The notes beneath the pieces are model-generated. The model was not told the origin of the DNA and searched no databases. It was given only the letters and a program-made list of their open reading frames with translations. The position numbers and the translations under genes were made by a program. A stretch of 64,000 bases of DNA from a virus: positions 27,308 to 91,307 of IMG/VR virus record IMGVR_UViG_3300005573_000006, one strand, 5' to 3'. Each line of letters begins with the position of its first letter. The first letter of the stretch is position 1. This document shows positions 19,709 through 30,700 of this stretch, one piece after another.

Positions 19709-21664
19709 TTATCCACCGAACTGCGTCATAGGGGTACTAATATTTAGCCTTGATTCAAGAGGTGCTTGTGTTTGAATAGGTTGTTGAACAGCACCCCCTA
19801 TTTGTGGCATACCAGCCGCATTTTCAAAAGCAGTTCCTTCATTTGGTAATTCTTGTGGCATTTCTTTTAATAATCTACCAACCTGGCTTGCCCCAGGAGA
19901 AAGTATTGGTACCTGTGGCTTTTCCAAGAACAATTCTCCCTTTATACCCATAAGATTAAACATTTCTCTCAGCACGGCGTCGGTATTTAGTTTAGAAGCC
20001 ACTGGTAATCTGGAAAACGCTATAAGCGCATCTCTAAGTTGTTGAACCGCAACAACTCTATTAAACCTTTCATCGGTTATCATTATATCAACATCAACAT
20101 CGGTATCAAATAAATCAGTAGAATACTTCATAAATCTACTTTTACCCATACTCTTTAAATACTTAAGTTGTTTATCCTTAAATTTTTCTATCTCAATATC
20201 ATCTGGCAAAAATCCGGTTTTATTTAGTGCTTGTAATTTGAACTCATTTACTCTATGATTAATGATGGCCTCGTCAATAAACGCTAAAGAATCAGCATCT
20301 CCGGTTATTTTTATAATATCTTCCGCTTCTAATATCTTTTTTAGAAGTGGGAGATATTGTCTAGTTATTAATCTTTCAACAAAAAACCCTATTCCTTCTT
20401 GAACTAATACAAATGTGTCTCTTATGTTTCTATCTTGTGTTAACGTTGCCGTTGCCGAAGCCGATGGCCTTCCTGCCTCGCCACGGTTAATATCAAACGA
20501 ACTTGTAACCCTATCTGCCATTAAATAAGCCCTATCTTCATCCGTATACGAAGATTGTCTATAATCTTGAACATTTAACTGTTTTACATCCCTGTCTATA
20601 TCAGTAACCGGTATACCGCCACCGGCAGAAATAGAACTAATCATATCTGGTGTTAATCCAGAACCTTTTCTAATCAAAAATATGCCATTTCCTAATACCA
20701 TATTATTACTTTTTCTGGTATTAACAATTAAGTTGACATATTCTTGTAAATCAAATAACATTTCTGCAACACCACGACCATACCATCTACCATCTATTTT
20801 TCTATACCACGCCTCTTCGTATGGTTTTATTCCGTCTTCTCTCGGATTTTCCCGTATTAAATGTATTATCGATGGAGTTCCAGAACCAGAAGCAACAATG
20901 TGCCCTTCTATCCACGTATCTTCATCTTTATCATCTTCGGTAATCCAAGACTTTTTTATTTTCCCCCATCTTTCCCATACTTCAGTATAAGGCACTTTAG
21001 TTTTAGTAAGCAACTTATCAACTATTGTTTTTGGGACATTTGGTGAAAAATTAATATATTCTATATTTTTCCAAACACCTTTGTATTCATTTATTTCATC
21101 AGTTGATAATCTTTCTCTTTCTATCACCGGTCCTTCTTGCAATGTATCTGCAGTTGGATCTACCCAGAGATTATTTATATCAACAATTTTAGACCTAATT
21201 ACTCTTTTCTTTGTTGCCGGATCTATACAATCATATGTTTTCACTACAACCGTTCCATCTCTTGACAAAACACGTATAAGATTATTCAATAACTGTCCAA
21301 ATCCTATTTTTTTCAATAAATTTAAAATTAATGCCCTAATTATTGGAACTCTATTAACAGCCTCTGGTGTTCCTGGTTGTATTAAAATATCTTTTGTATC
21401 TAAATCTACGCTTTTTACAACAGATTCTACAGACCATTCCGTTAATGGTACCCATGTTTTTCTCTCCCCGGTAACCTCATCATTAGGATTTTCAAACTTT
21501 CCCATATAATACCGACGAGCCTGATCAATAACATTACGCATCAAATACTGAAGTTTTTCTGACACAAAAACTGCAGCATCATCCCATTGTGTTTTTTCAG
21601 AAATGATTGTTTCTAATGCTTCTCTTTCGTATTTATTTGGTACATATCCAGAAAGTTTATTCAT
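19709..21664 (-). CDS. Portal protein (P22-like)
   Basis: 651 aa; DGTVVVK, VWERWG, RWYGRGVAEML..LQ..VN...N, SATAT; position after terminase and adaptor. Confidence 0.85.
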   Translation of the reverse strand: MNKLSGYVPNKYEREALETIISEKTQWDDAAVFVSEKLQYLMRNVIDQARRYYMGKFENPNDEVTGERKTWVPLTEWSVESVVKSVDLDTKDILIQPGTPEAVNRVPIIRALILNLLKKIGFGQLLNNLIRVLSRDGTVVVKTYDCIDPATKKRVIRSKIVDINNLWVDPTADTLQEGPVIERERLSTDEINEYKGVWKNIEYINFSPNVPKTIVDKLLTKTKVPYTEVWERWGKIKKSWITEDDKDEDTWIEGHIVASGSGTPSIIHLIRENPREDGIKPYEEAWYRKIDGRWYGRGVAEMLFDLQEYVNLIVNTRKSNNMVLGNGIFLIRKGSGLTPDMISSISAGGGIPVTDIDRDVKQLNVQDYRQSSYTDEDRAYLMADRVTSSFDINRGEAGRPSASATATLTQDRNIRDTFVLVQEGIGFFVERLITRQYLPLLKKILEAEDIIKITGDADSLAFIDEAIINHRVNEFKLQALNKTGFLPDDIEIEKFKDKQLKYLKSMGKSRFMKYSTDLFDTDVDVDIMITDERFNRVVAVQQLRDALIAFSRLPVASKLNTDAVLREMFNLMGIKGELFLEKPQVPILSPGASQVGRLLKEMPQELPNEGTAFENAAGMPQIGGAVQQPIQTQAPLESRLNISTPMTQFGG

Positions 21665-21666
21665 AT

Positions 21667-22386
21667 TTATTTGTAATTTTTATATAAAGCCTTAAAATAA
21701 AATTTTTGTTCTACATCCGGATGTGCCTCTAATGTCCTCATTCTCGCTATTCCGTTCACCCATCTATTTTCTGCTATTCTCATATCGTTAAGTTTCCCAT
21801 ATTTTCTAAATACATCAATAAGCATGCCTTCTGTCAATACGCTTAAAAAATCTGCCGGAATATTGGGAATATCACTAGAAGATGTCATTTCGTTTGGTCT
21901 TTTTATCCAAAAAATATATAAGTTATTATTTCCGGTCTTAGTATAATCATCAGAACCCGGAATAGGAGCTATCCATATAGACCTGTCTTTAAACCAATAC
22001 TTTGGAGCATTTTTACTATAAAGACTGTTTAAATCAGTATCTAAAATGGTTGGACCGGGTATTTCTTGTAAAGACATTGGTGTAGCAACACGCCAGTTTG
22101 TATCATCATATGATATTTCTACTCTTTGTATTTTTATCAATCCACCACCATATGTGGTTGTAGAATCTACCGGTAATGGATATTCACGTTGACCAGAAAC
22201 TAAATCTGTATAAGATATTTCCGCATATAAATCTTCGTTTAGATCAATAAGTTCACGAACCATTAATCTAAAATATTTATTTGCAAGTCTTAAAAGATCA
22301 GAATCTATTAAAGTCGTACTGTCTTTACCAGCACTAAAACGCACATCTGAATACACATTAGAAAGAGTTTGATAAGTCGAAGTCAT
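21667..22386 (-). CDS. Head-tail adaptor / tail tubular protein
   Basis: LVSGQREYPLP, PKYW....IWIAPIP, PNIPADF motifs typical of podovirus adaptors. Confidence 0.7.
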   Translation of the reverse strand: MTSTYQTLSNVYSDVRFSAGKDSTTLIDSDLLRLANKYFRLMVRELIDLNEDLYAEISYTDLVSGQREYPLPVDSTTTYGGGLIKIQRVEISYDDTNWRVATPMSLQEIPGPTILDTDLNSLYSKNAPKYWFKDRSIWIAPIPGSDDYTKTGNNNLYIFWIKRPNEMTSSSDIPNIPADFLSVLTEGMLIDVFRKYGKLNDMRIAENRWVNGIARMRTLEAHPDVEQKFYFKALYKNYK

Positions 22387-22419
22387 TTCTTTATATTATA
22401 ACACAAACAAAAATGATTA

Positions 22420-23772
22420 TCAATAATATGTTCTTTTATTCGGACGAATAACAAAATTACTACTGTCCAAACCAATGCCTAATGGCTCCTCATTTAATTT
22501 CCAACATGCAAGAGCTAATGAGTTTAAACAATCATCTTTTCTTGAAGAACCATATATTATATTCCCGCTTGGAGAAAAACGATATGAAAAAGACCTTATT
22601 TCTTGTATTAATTGGGGAATACGTGGAAAAGATATTTTATTTCTATCCATTAATATCGCAAGTTTATCTATTAACAATCTTTTACTTTTATTAGTATAAA
22701 CAAAATCTACATCAACGTTTGCTCCCATGTTTTTTAAATCTTCAGAAAATATATCACCACCATTTCCTGTAGCATCTAAAATAATTTCTGCATTATTGTA
22801 CTTTTGAGATATATCTTTAATTTTCGCTCTCATAAATTGCCATGATAAATTGTTTGCCCTATAAAAACCAACAACCCTATGCGTCATTCTATCCACAACG
22901 GTAGCAACAGTAAAATCTTCTATCTTTGCAATATCACATCCTAAAAAATATAAATGACCCGGTATAGGAGTTTCAAACCATTCATTTGGATCATCTACAA
23001 TTATACTATCATCTATACACTGATCAAACTTTTTAAATCTTTGCCCAGCGCCTTCTTTAAATTCACCTAAATATTCTGAAACCCAAATATCCCTCGGAGT
23101 AGCCGCCTTAATATTTCTTAGTTCTTCTACACTCACAGCATATGGATTGTTAGTTCCGATAACTTCTCCATTCTCGTCTTCAATAGCTGTAGGAAAAGAA
23201 AAAGAAATATATTCAGGATGTTCTACTCTTCCTTCTGGTGTCCCCCATAAATATTTCTCATAAAACCAATTATATCCAAATGGATTAGATATTAAAAATG
23301 CCCTACCATTTTTATCTATAAGATTTGGACGAATATAACCATCCCATATACCATCATCTATTCTGGCCGCTTCATCCATAATAGCTAAATCTAGTCCTTT
23401 ACCGAGTAACGACTCGGTTGTTTCAGAAGTTTTCATCCATAATTTTGCTCCGGTTACATTGTTTTCAATAATACGATCATGTTTATTAACTCTAAAAGGG
23501 CCCTGTTCGCCAGCAAAATATCTATCAATCCATTCTTCTATATAATCCCAGACACGGGAAGCAAGTTCATAATTAGGGCCAATTATCCACACAGTATGTC
23601 TTGGCATCCACATTTCTCTTAATCCCAAATATGCGGCTAAAAAAGTTTTCCCGAGCCTTTTTGCCGAGGCAACTACAGTAAAACGCCCCATATTCTGAAG
23701 TATATATTTCTGAACAGCATGAGGATGAAAATTTATTTTTTGTTTTATTGCCGCAAAACTAATACTCTTCAT
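22420..23772 (-). CDS. terL: Terminase large subunit
   Basis: PHAVQ adenine-binding motif, KRLGKT Walker A, LAIMDEAA Walker B, ISNPFG, GCDIAK..DFT RNase H-like nuclease, DDCLNSLALA. Confidence 0.95.
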   Translation of the reverse strand: MKSISFAAIKQKINFHPHAVQKYILQNMGRFTVVASAKRLGKTFLAAYLGLREMWMPRHTVWIIGPNYELASRVWDYIEEWIDRYFAGEQGPFRVNKHDRIIENNVTGAKLWMKTSETTESLLGKGLDLAIMDEAARIDDGIWDGYIRPNLIDKNGRAFLISNPFGYNWFYEKYLWGTPEGRVEHPEYISFSFPTAIEDENGEVIGTNNPYAVSVEELRNIKAATPRDIWVSEYLGEFKEGAGQRFKKFDQCIDDSIIVDDPNEWFETPIPGHLYFLGCDIAKIEDFTVATVVDRMTHRVVGFYRANNLSWQFMRAKIKDISQKYNNAEIILDATGNGGDIFSEDLKNMGANVDVDFVYTNKSKRLLIDKLAILMDRNKISFPRIPQLIQEIRSFSYRFSPSGNIIYGSSRKDDCLNSLALACWKLNEEPLGIGLDSSNFVIRPNKRTYY

Positions 23773-24405
23773 TTATACAGTATCCATAATATCAAGTCGT
23801 GTTTTTCTTTCATCCATATGATCATCTGGAAAATCTTCTTCAGATTCTCTATATATTGGCTCAATAACTTCGCGAATTTTAGTATCAGAAATAACTTTAT
23901 CTGTAAACATAGCCTGTGTTTTACCCATAAGTTCTAACAACCTGGTTTTTTCTGCTATAGTTGCATGATCGTGATTATAAAGTTTAAGCATTTCTTTTTT
24001 AATAAAATCTGGATTAACATCATCAAAAGTAAAAGCCGCAACAAGTTCTGGAGCTTTTGCCTTAATTCTTGCCAATACCTGAGCAGCCATAGCACCACAT
24101 TTAGCATTTTCTATTCTTTTATCAGGATAACTTTTAACTTTATATGCCGCCCTATACGCTTCCTGCATATTTCCGGTTTGCGATAACACCATTAAAAATT
24201 TCTTTTCGTTTATGGTAACCTTCTTTTTATGTACGGCACTATATGGATTCCAGGGAGGATTTACTCCTTTTGTAGGCTTATATCCCTTCCATTTCTTTAA
24301 TTCCGGATCCCAATATGCCCCACTTGGATGCGGATTTTCCTTAGTAAACAAAGACCGAGCTTCTTCTATAGAAAGTTGAGATTTTTTTTCTATATTTTCA
24401 TTCAT
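23773..24405 (-). CDS. Terminase small subunit (putative)
   Basis: EKKFL....TGNMQEAYRAAY HTH, LELMGK...MFTDK; directly upstream of terL; likely start 24405. Confidence 0.75.
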   Translation of the reverse strand: MNENIEKKSQLSIEEARSLFTKENPHPSGAYWDPELKKWKGYKPTKGVNPPWNPYSAVHKKKVTINEKKFLMVLSQTGNMQEAYRAAYKVKSYPDKRIENAKCGAMAAQVLARIKAKAPELVAAFTFDDVNPDFIKKEMLKLYNHDHATIAEKTRLLELMGKTQAMFTDKVISDTKIREVIEPIYRESEEDFPDDHMDERKTRLDIMDTV

Positions 24406-24412
24406 ATATATT

Positions 24413-24488
24413 ATTATACCATATTGACAAGTTTTATTCAAGCTGTTGATAACTACCTATTGCTTTTAATTCAAAAATATGCTAAACT
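24413..24488. promoter_or_regulatory. Divergent promoters of the two genome arms flanking a DnaA-box-like element
   Basis: Minus TTGAAT-N17-TATAAT; plus CTGTTGATAACT-N5-TTGCTT-N17-TAAACT. Confidence 0.7.
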
Positions 24489-24494
24489 TAATAT

Positions 24495-24896
24495 ATGAAA
24501 AAGAAAAATAACAAATTTTTACCAAAAGGTAAAAAAACCCTGGCGGTCGATCTTGATGGGACAATAGCAAAAATAAATCCACTTGCAGGTATAACAATAG
24601 GTAGCCCAATCAAAGAGGCTATTCCAATATTGAAAAAATTTAAAAGGGCCGGTTGGCAAATAATTCTCTATACCGTTAGGCCAGATGAATGGGTATTGCG
24701 AAAATGGTGTGACAAAAACTTCCCCAAAATATTTGATGCTATAAATTGTAATCCTGAAGATGTAAGACAATGGGGGATAGTCAGTGCTAAACCAAAAGCA
24801 ACCATCTATTTAGACGATTGTGCATGGCCCAATAACGGTTTTTTTGATTGGAAAAAATTTAAAGAAGATGCAATAAAAAACAAATGGATAAAATAA
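24495..24896 (+). CDS. HAD-superfamily phosphatase
   Basis: AVDLDGT motif I, LYTVR motif II, KP..TIYLDD motif IV. Confidence 0.85.
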   Translation: MKKKNNKFLPKGKKTLAVDLDGTIAKINPLAGITIGSPIKEAIPILKKFKRAGWQIILYTVRPDEWVLRKWCDKNFPKIFDAINCNPEDVRQWGIVSAKPKATIYLDDCAWPNNGFFDWKKFKEDAIKNKWIK

Positions 24897-25330
24897 AAAC
24901 GAATACAATATATTCAGGACATGTAATTGATGTCCTGCGAACTTTTCCTGATGAAAGTATTGATATGGTAATTACTTCTCCGCCATATTGGGGATTACGC
25001 GTATATAAGGCCGGAGGCGTTATCTGGGATGGAGATAAAGAATGTAATCATGAATGGAGTAACAATGTTCTAGCAGGAGGAAGGGCCGGACGTCCGTGGG
25101 GAGATACGGGACTACATAAGATACAACAACAATCATGGGACCAAAAACAACTTTCTTTTCAGCATAAAGAAACCATGTCGGCTTTTTGTACTAAATGCAA
25201 TGCATGGATTGGAGAACTTGGACTTGAACCGAGTTTTGAAGATCAAATATTTGAAATAGAAATAATGGAACCAAAAAAAGATCTGACCAAAGAAGATTTA
25301 GACATGCTTAAAAAAGAGCTTGGTTTTTGA
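24884..25330 (+). CDS. N4/N6 DNA methyltransferase (beta class), N-terminal fragment
   Basis: PDESIDMVITSPPYWGLR catalytic motif IV, then GELGLEP and a stop after an extra ~30-aa tail. Confidence 0.85.
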   Translation: MDKIKTNTIYSGHVIDVLRTFPDESIDMVITSPPYWGLRVYKAGGVIWDGDKECNHEWSNNVLAGGRAGRPWGDTGLHKIQQQSWDQKQLSFQHKETMSAFCTKCNAWIGELGLEPSFEDQIFEIEIMEPKKDLTKEDLDMLKKELGF

Positions 25331-25355
25331 TAATCTTTGTGATCTGATAGATAGC

Positions 25356-26177
25356 ATGAGTATAAAAAACATAGTAGAAAACAAAAGAAGATGGAGTAAC
25401 CCAGAATATAAAAAAAGAGTTGGGAATAAGATTTCTAATACCTTGCGCGGAAGAAAAATGTCGGATGATACTAAACAAAAAATATCTAAAAAATTAAAGG
25501 GAAGAAAAACATGGAAAACAAGGATAAGAATCCTAAAAGGAAAGGACCATCCAAACTGGAAAGGAGGAACAACACCACAACGACAACAAGAATATGCCAC
25601 AGAATCTTATAAACTATTTGTTAATACCGTATTACAAAGGGATGATTATACTTGTCAAGAATGCGGGGCAAAAAACGGAAATGGTTATAATGTCAGACTT
25701 AATGTTCATCATATAAAATCATATGCCGAAAATCCAACATTAAGATTCGATATTAATAATGGAATAACGTTATGTTTCATTTGTCATAATAAAACTAAAT
25801 CAAAAACGCCAAAACCCAGTAGGATTGATAAAATATTGATTAAAAAAATATGCCAGAAATGCGGTGAGGAGTTTCAAAAAAGAAATCCCCAAAAATACTG
25901 TGATAAGTGTAAAGAAACAATATGTGAATATTGTGGCGAAACATTTATATCAAGAAATAGTAAAAGATATCAAAAGTTTTGTTCCCGAAAATGCTATGGT
26001 CAATGGTGGTCAAAAAACAAAGTAAAAGAAAATAACCCCCACTGGAAAGGGTATATTGAAAAAGATTGTATAAATTGTCTAAAAAAAATTAAAAGAAGGG
26101 ATAACGAAATTTTAACAAATTATAATAAAAGAAAGTTTTGTTGTCTAAAATGTGCATATGATTATAGAAAAAAGTAA
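25356..26177 (+). mobile_element. HNH homing endonuclease (NUMOD3 + HNH + Zn ribbons) inserted in the MTase gene
   Basis: MSDDTKQKISKKLKG (NUMOD3), HPNWKGG, RDDYTCQECG...VHHIK...NGITLCFICH, FCSRKC repeats. Confidence 0.9.
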
Positions 26178-27234
26178 AATACCTCAACATTTATTAAAAT
26201 ACTTTCAGTTAAAAGAAAAGAAAAAAATAGTTCGTCGTGGTTATATTTCACATCTTTGTGACATTTTTGATGAAATAAAAAGAGTGTTAACCAAAGATGG
26301 AACTTGTTGGGTAAACATAGGAGACACTTATCAGTCCGCACCAGTTAGCGGTAAACAAGGTGGTTTTTCTGGTAAAGCAGCTAAAAATAATCCAGAATAT
26401 GCCGAAGCAATATTAGTAAAAAAACCAAAAAGCAGACTTAAAAATAAAACACTTTTACAAATACCGGCCCGGTTTGCTATAGAAATGTGTAATCGTGGAT
26501 GGATACTAAGAAACGATTTGATCTGGAAAAAACCAAATATTCTTCCGAGTTCTGTCAAAGATAGATTCACGGTTGATTATGAACATATTTTCTTCTTCGT
26601 AAAAAATGAAAAGTATTATTTTGAACAACAATTTGAACCGTATGCTACATCTACAAAAAATGATAAAAGATTTGAAATAGCCAAAGAAGGAAAATATACC
26701 GGCGGGACAAATGTAAAAAAAGGATATGAAGAAAGCAAAGCACAAAATCCCATTGAGGTTAGAAACAATGTATTTAATGCCGGACTTGGACAAGGAAGAA
26801 ATATGCGAAGCGTATGGACTATAACAACTAAAGGGTTTCGGGGAGCCCATTTTGCCGTATATCCAGAGAAACTTATAGAAACACCAATAAAAGCAGGTTG
26901 TCCAGAACTTAGATGTTTAACATGCGGAAAACCACGAAAAAAGATAATAACAAACGAACATGTTGGTGGAACACCATATTATCCGCAACATAAATGGCAA
27001 AAAGAAAATAATGTTGGCCCACGTCCAAGAGATTATATTGCTAAAAAAGAATTTTGCGGATACACAGACTGCGGACATAATAACTGGCGTAAAGGAATAG
27101 TATTAGACCCGTTTTTTGGATCGGGAACCACTGGAGTTGTGGCAGAAAAACTAAATAGGGATTGGATAGGTATAGAACTAAATAAAGAATTTATTAATAT
27201 AGCAGAAAAAAGAATAAATGAAGAAAGAAGATAA
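26158..27234 (+). CDS. N4/N6 DNA methyltransferase, C-terminal fragment
   Basis: YISHLCDIFDEIKRVL..DGTCWVNIGD, IWKKPN, RSVWTI, HFAVYP, VLDPFFGSGTT motif I, IGIELN. Confidence 0.9.
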   Translation: MIIEKSKIPQHLLKYFQLKEKKKIVRRGYISHLCDIFDEIKRVLTKDGTCWVNIGDTYQSAPVSGKQGGFSGKAAKNNPEYAEAILVKKPKSRLKNKTLLQIPARFAIEMCNRGWILRNDLIWKKPNILPSSVKDRFTVDYEHIFFFVKNEKYYFEQQFEPYATSTKNDKRFEIAKEGKYTGGTNVKKGYEESKAQNPIEVRNNVFNAGLGQGRNMRSVWTITTKGFRGAHFAVYPEKLIETPIKAGCPELRCLTCGKPRKKIITNEHVGGTPYYPQHKWQKENNVGPRPRDYIAKKEFCGYTDCGHNNWRKGIVLDPFFGSGTTGVVAEKLNRDWIGIELNKEFINIAEKRINEERR

Positions 27235-27318
27235 GGCATTTTGGTTATCAATATGGTTGCTTATAGGACTTTATGGTTCTGTTCTTTTAACCATATTTAT
27301 AATGAAAATATTACAAAA

Positions 27319-27753
27319 ATGACAAAATTTAAAATATACCCAGAAAAAGGAAACAAACAATATTATTCAGTAATAATATTTGACAAAAAAGCTGATATGA
27401 TAAAATATTCATGTGCCATAACAAAAAGACCGTTACATCTATTTGAGGCAGTAGCACATTCATATTACGCTTATTATAAAAGAAACAAAAAATATATATT
27501 GTCAAAGCAAATAGGAAGTATACTGTTTTATAAAAACGGATTTGGAGTAGGAACCGTTGCCCATGAAATAGCTCACGCAACCAATTACTATTTTAATAGA
27601 AAAAAGATAAAATTTAGAATTGGTAATGTTATAAAACCAACAAAACAATGGTTTAAATATGATGAAGCATACGCCCATATTTTAGGATATATGATAAATC
27701 AGTTTTGGAATAAATATAATGGTAAAGTAAAAACTAAATCAGAAAAATATTAA
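27319..27753 (+). CDS. Putative Zn metallopeptidase-like protein
   Basis: VAHEIAHA HExxH with a downstream DEAYA Glu ligand. Confidence 0.55.
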   Translation: MTKFKIYPEKGNKQYYSVIIFDKKADMIKYSCAITKRPLHLFEAVAHSYYAYYKRNKKYILSKQIGSILFYKNGFGVGTVAHEIAHATNYYFNRKKIKFRIGNVIKPTKQWFKYDEAYAHILGYMINQFWNKYNGKVKTKSEKY

Positions 27754-30700
27754 TGAAATTTACACATTTACATGTTCACTCAATGTACTCATTGCTTGAC
27801 GGACTACCAAGTCCGATTTCTTTAGTTGAAGAAACAAAAAAACTTGGAATGGATTCAATTGCCTTGACAGATCATGGAAATATGTATGGAGCAATAGAAT
27901 TTTACAAAGCCGCGAAAGCCAATGGTATAAAACCAATATTGGGTTGTGAAGTTTACATTACCAAAGATATGTTCAAAAAAAGCATTAAAGATGATAACCA
28001 AATTTATCACTTAACATTATTGGCCATGGACAATAATGGATATCATAATCTAATTAAGTTAGTTAGCGAATCAAACATTCATGGATTTTATTATAAACCA
28101 AGAATAGATTTTAATTTATTATCTAAATATAATGAAGGATTAATTTGTCTATCTGGATGTCTTGGAGGAGAATTGTCACAATTATTACTTTTAAAACAAT
28201 ATAGCGAAGCCGCTCAACTTGCCATAAAATATAAAAATCTATTTGGAGATAGATATTATATAGAAATAATGCGACACCCAAATAATAAAGATCAGTGCAT
28301 TGTTTCACCAGAACTTATTAAACTATCATCAATGTTAGATATACCAATGGTAGCCACAACAGATTTACACTACCTTCACAAAAAAGATATCGATACTCAT
28401 GAAGTATTTTTAGCTATTAATACAGGAAAAAACCTAGATAATAAAGATAGGCTTTCTATGAAAGATAGTGACATATTTCTTGCTTCACCAGAAGAAATGA
28501 TAAAAAAATTTAAAGACATACCCGAGGCAATAAATAATACACAAATAATTGCAGATAGATGTAATGTTGATATTAAACTTGGAGAAATAAAACTACCAAA
28601 ATTTAATGTGCCAAAAGGAGAGACGTATGATTCATATCTTAGAAAACTTTGTTTAAATAGCCCTAAAAACAAAAATGAATATTCAGATAGATTAGAATAT
28701 GAACTAAAAATTATTGAAAAAACAAAGTTTGCATCATATTTACTAATTGTTTGGGATATTATAAAATGGGCAAAAGAACATGATATAATGGTTGGCCCAG
28801 GACGTGGTTCTGCCGCAGGTAGTATAATATGTTATCTTTTGGATATTACAAATATAGATCCGTTAAAATATGGATTATTATTTGAACGTTTTATGAACCC
28901 AGATAGAATATCTATGCCAGATATAGATATGGATTTTGACGACACAAAAAGAGATGCGGTTATTAAATATGTGTCAGATAAATACGGACAAGATAATGTC
29001 GCCCAAATTATCACATTTGGCACAATGTTTTCAAGATCTGCAATAAGGGATGCCGGTAGGGCAATGAAATATGATCTTAAAACGTGTGATAGAATAGCCA
29101 AAATGATACCGTTCAATAGTTCATTAGCCGATTCGTTAAACAATGTTAAAGAACTAAAAAAAGAATATGAAGATCCAAAATCTAAAAAACTAATAGACAT
29201 GGCAATGAAACTAGAAGGAGTTGTTAGGCATGTCGGGAAACATGCTTGCGGAGTGATCATATCTGATAAACCAATAACCGATTATATGCCGATTCAGTTA
29301 TCAAAAGAAAAATCAGTAATGTCTCAATATGATATGAAGATTATTGAAGACCTGGGATTATTAAAAATGGATTTTCTTGGACTAAGAAACCTTTCGGTAA
29401 TTTCTGAATGTCAGAAACTAATAAAAAAACAACTTGGTGAAGATGTAAATGTAAACAATATTCCCTTAAATGACAAATTAACATACAAACTATTACAAGA
29501 AGCAAAAACAACTTCTGTGTTTCAACTTGAATCTGATGGAATGAAAAAATATCTAAAGAAATTAAAACCAACAAATATTGATGATATTTCGGTTCTTATA
29601 GCATTATACAGACCCGGTCCAATGAATTTAATACCAGAATATATAGCAAGAAAACACGGAGAAAAAACAATAACATATTTACATCCAAAACTTGAACCAA
29701 TACTAAAAGACACTTACGGTATTATGATATACCAAGAACAACTTATTTCGGCCGTTCAAGCATTAGCAGGCATGACATTGGCACAAGCAGATGTTTTAAG
29801 AAAAGCTGTTGCCAAAAAAGACGCTAAACTTTTGAAACAACAAGAATCTAAATTCAAAGACGGATGTAAACAAAATAAAATAAGTAACAATGTATCCAAC
29901 ACATTTTGGAACCTAATAGAACCGTTTATAGGATACGGATTTAATCGATCACATTCTACATCTTATGCCATAATAGGTTATCAAACAGCATATTTAAAAG
30001 CAAATTATCCGGTTCAATATATGGTGGCAGAAATGAATTCCGATGACAAAATAGAAAGAATAACCGAATTAATGCCAGAACTTGAAAGTATTGGTATAAA
30101 AATAGCCCCTCCGGATATTAATATAAGCGAACAAAAATTTGTCGGAACCGGTAATAAGATATTATTTTCTTTATCGGCCATAAAAGGAATGGGCAAGAAG
30201 GCCATAGAAACAATAATAGAAGAAAGAAAAAATGGGCCATATAAATCTATAGATGATTTTATTTACAGACTAAACGGAACATCTATTACCAAAAAAACAA
30301 TAGAAATCTTAGCAAAATCAGGGGCATTTGATACATTTGGTGAGTGGACTAAAAGAAATCAAATATCAAAGTCGGCAGAACAAATAGCAGAAAGTATAAA
30401 ATTTAAATATAAAGATTTACTTCCACCAATAATCTATTCAAGTGTTAAAACTTCATGGAAACAAATGGTATCTTGGGAAAAAGAACTACTTGGACTATAT
30501 TTAACCACAAATCCGGCGCTTAATTATGCCGTAGAGATAAAAAAACATGGAACCATAGACATAAACAGAATATCTGAATATCAAAATAAAAACATCAAAA
30601 TTGGCGGAGTAATTACCGATCTTAAAAAGATCATTCTAAAAAGTGGCAGAACCTTTTATAACTTTAGATTACAAGATACTACAGGATCAATAAACTTATC

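Noticed and set aside
25300-26160. Intein, group I intron or T4 gene 60-type ribosomal bypass in the MTase
   Set aside because: No intein termini, no room for an intron core, and the ~830-nt coding gap is far beyond known bypass distances
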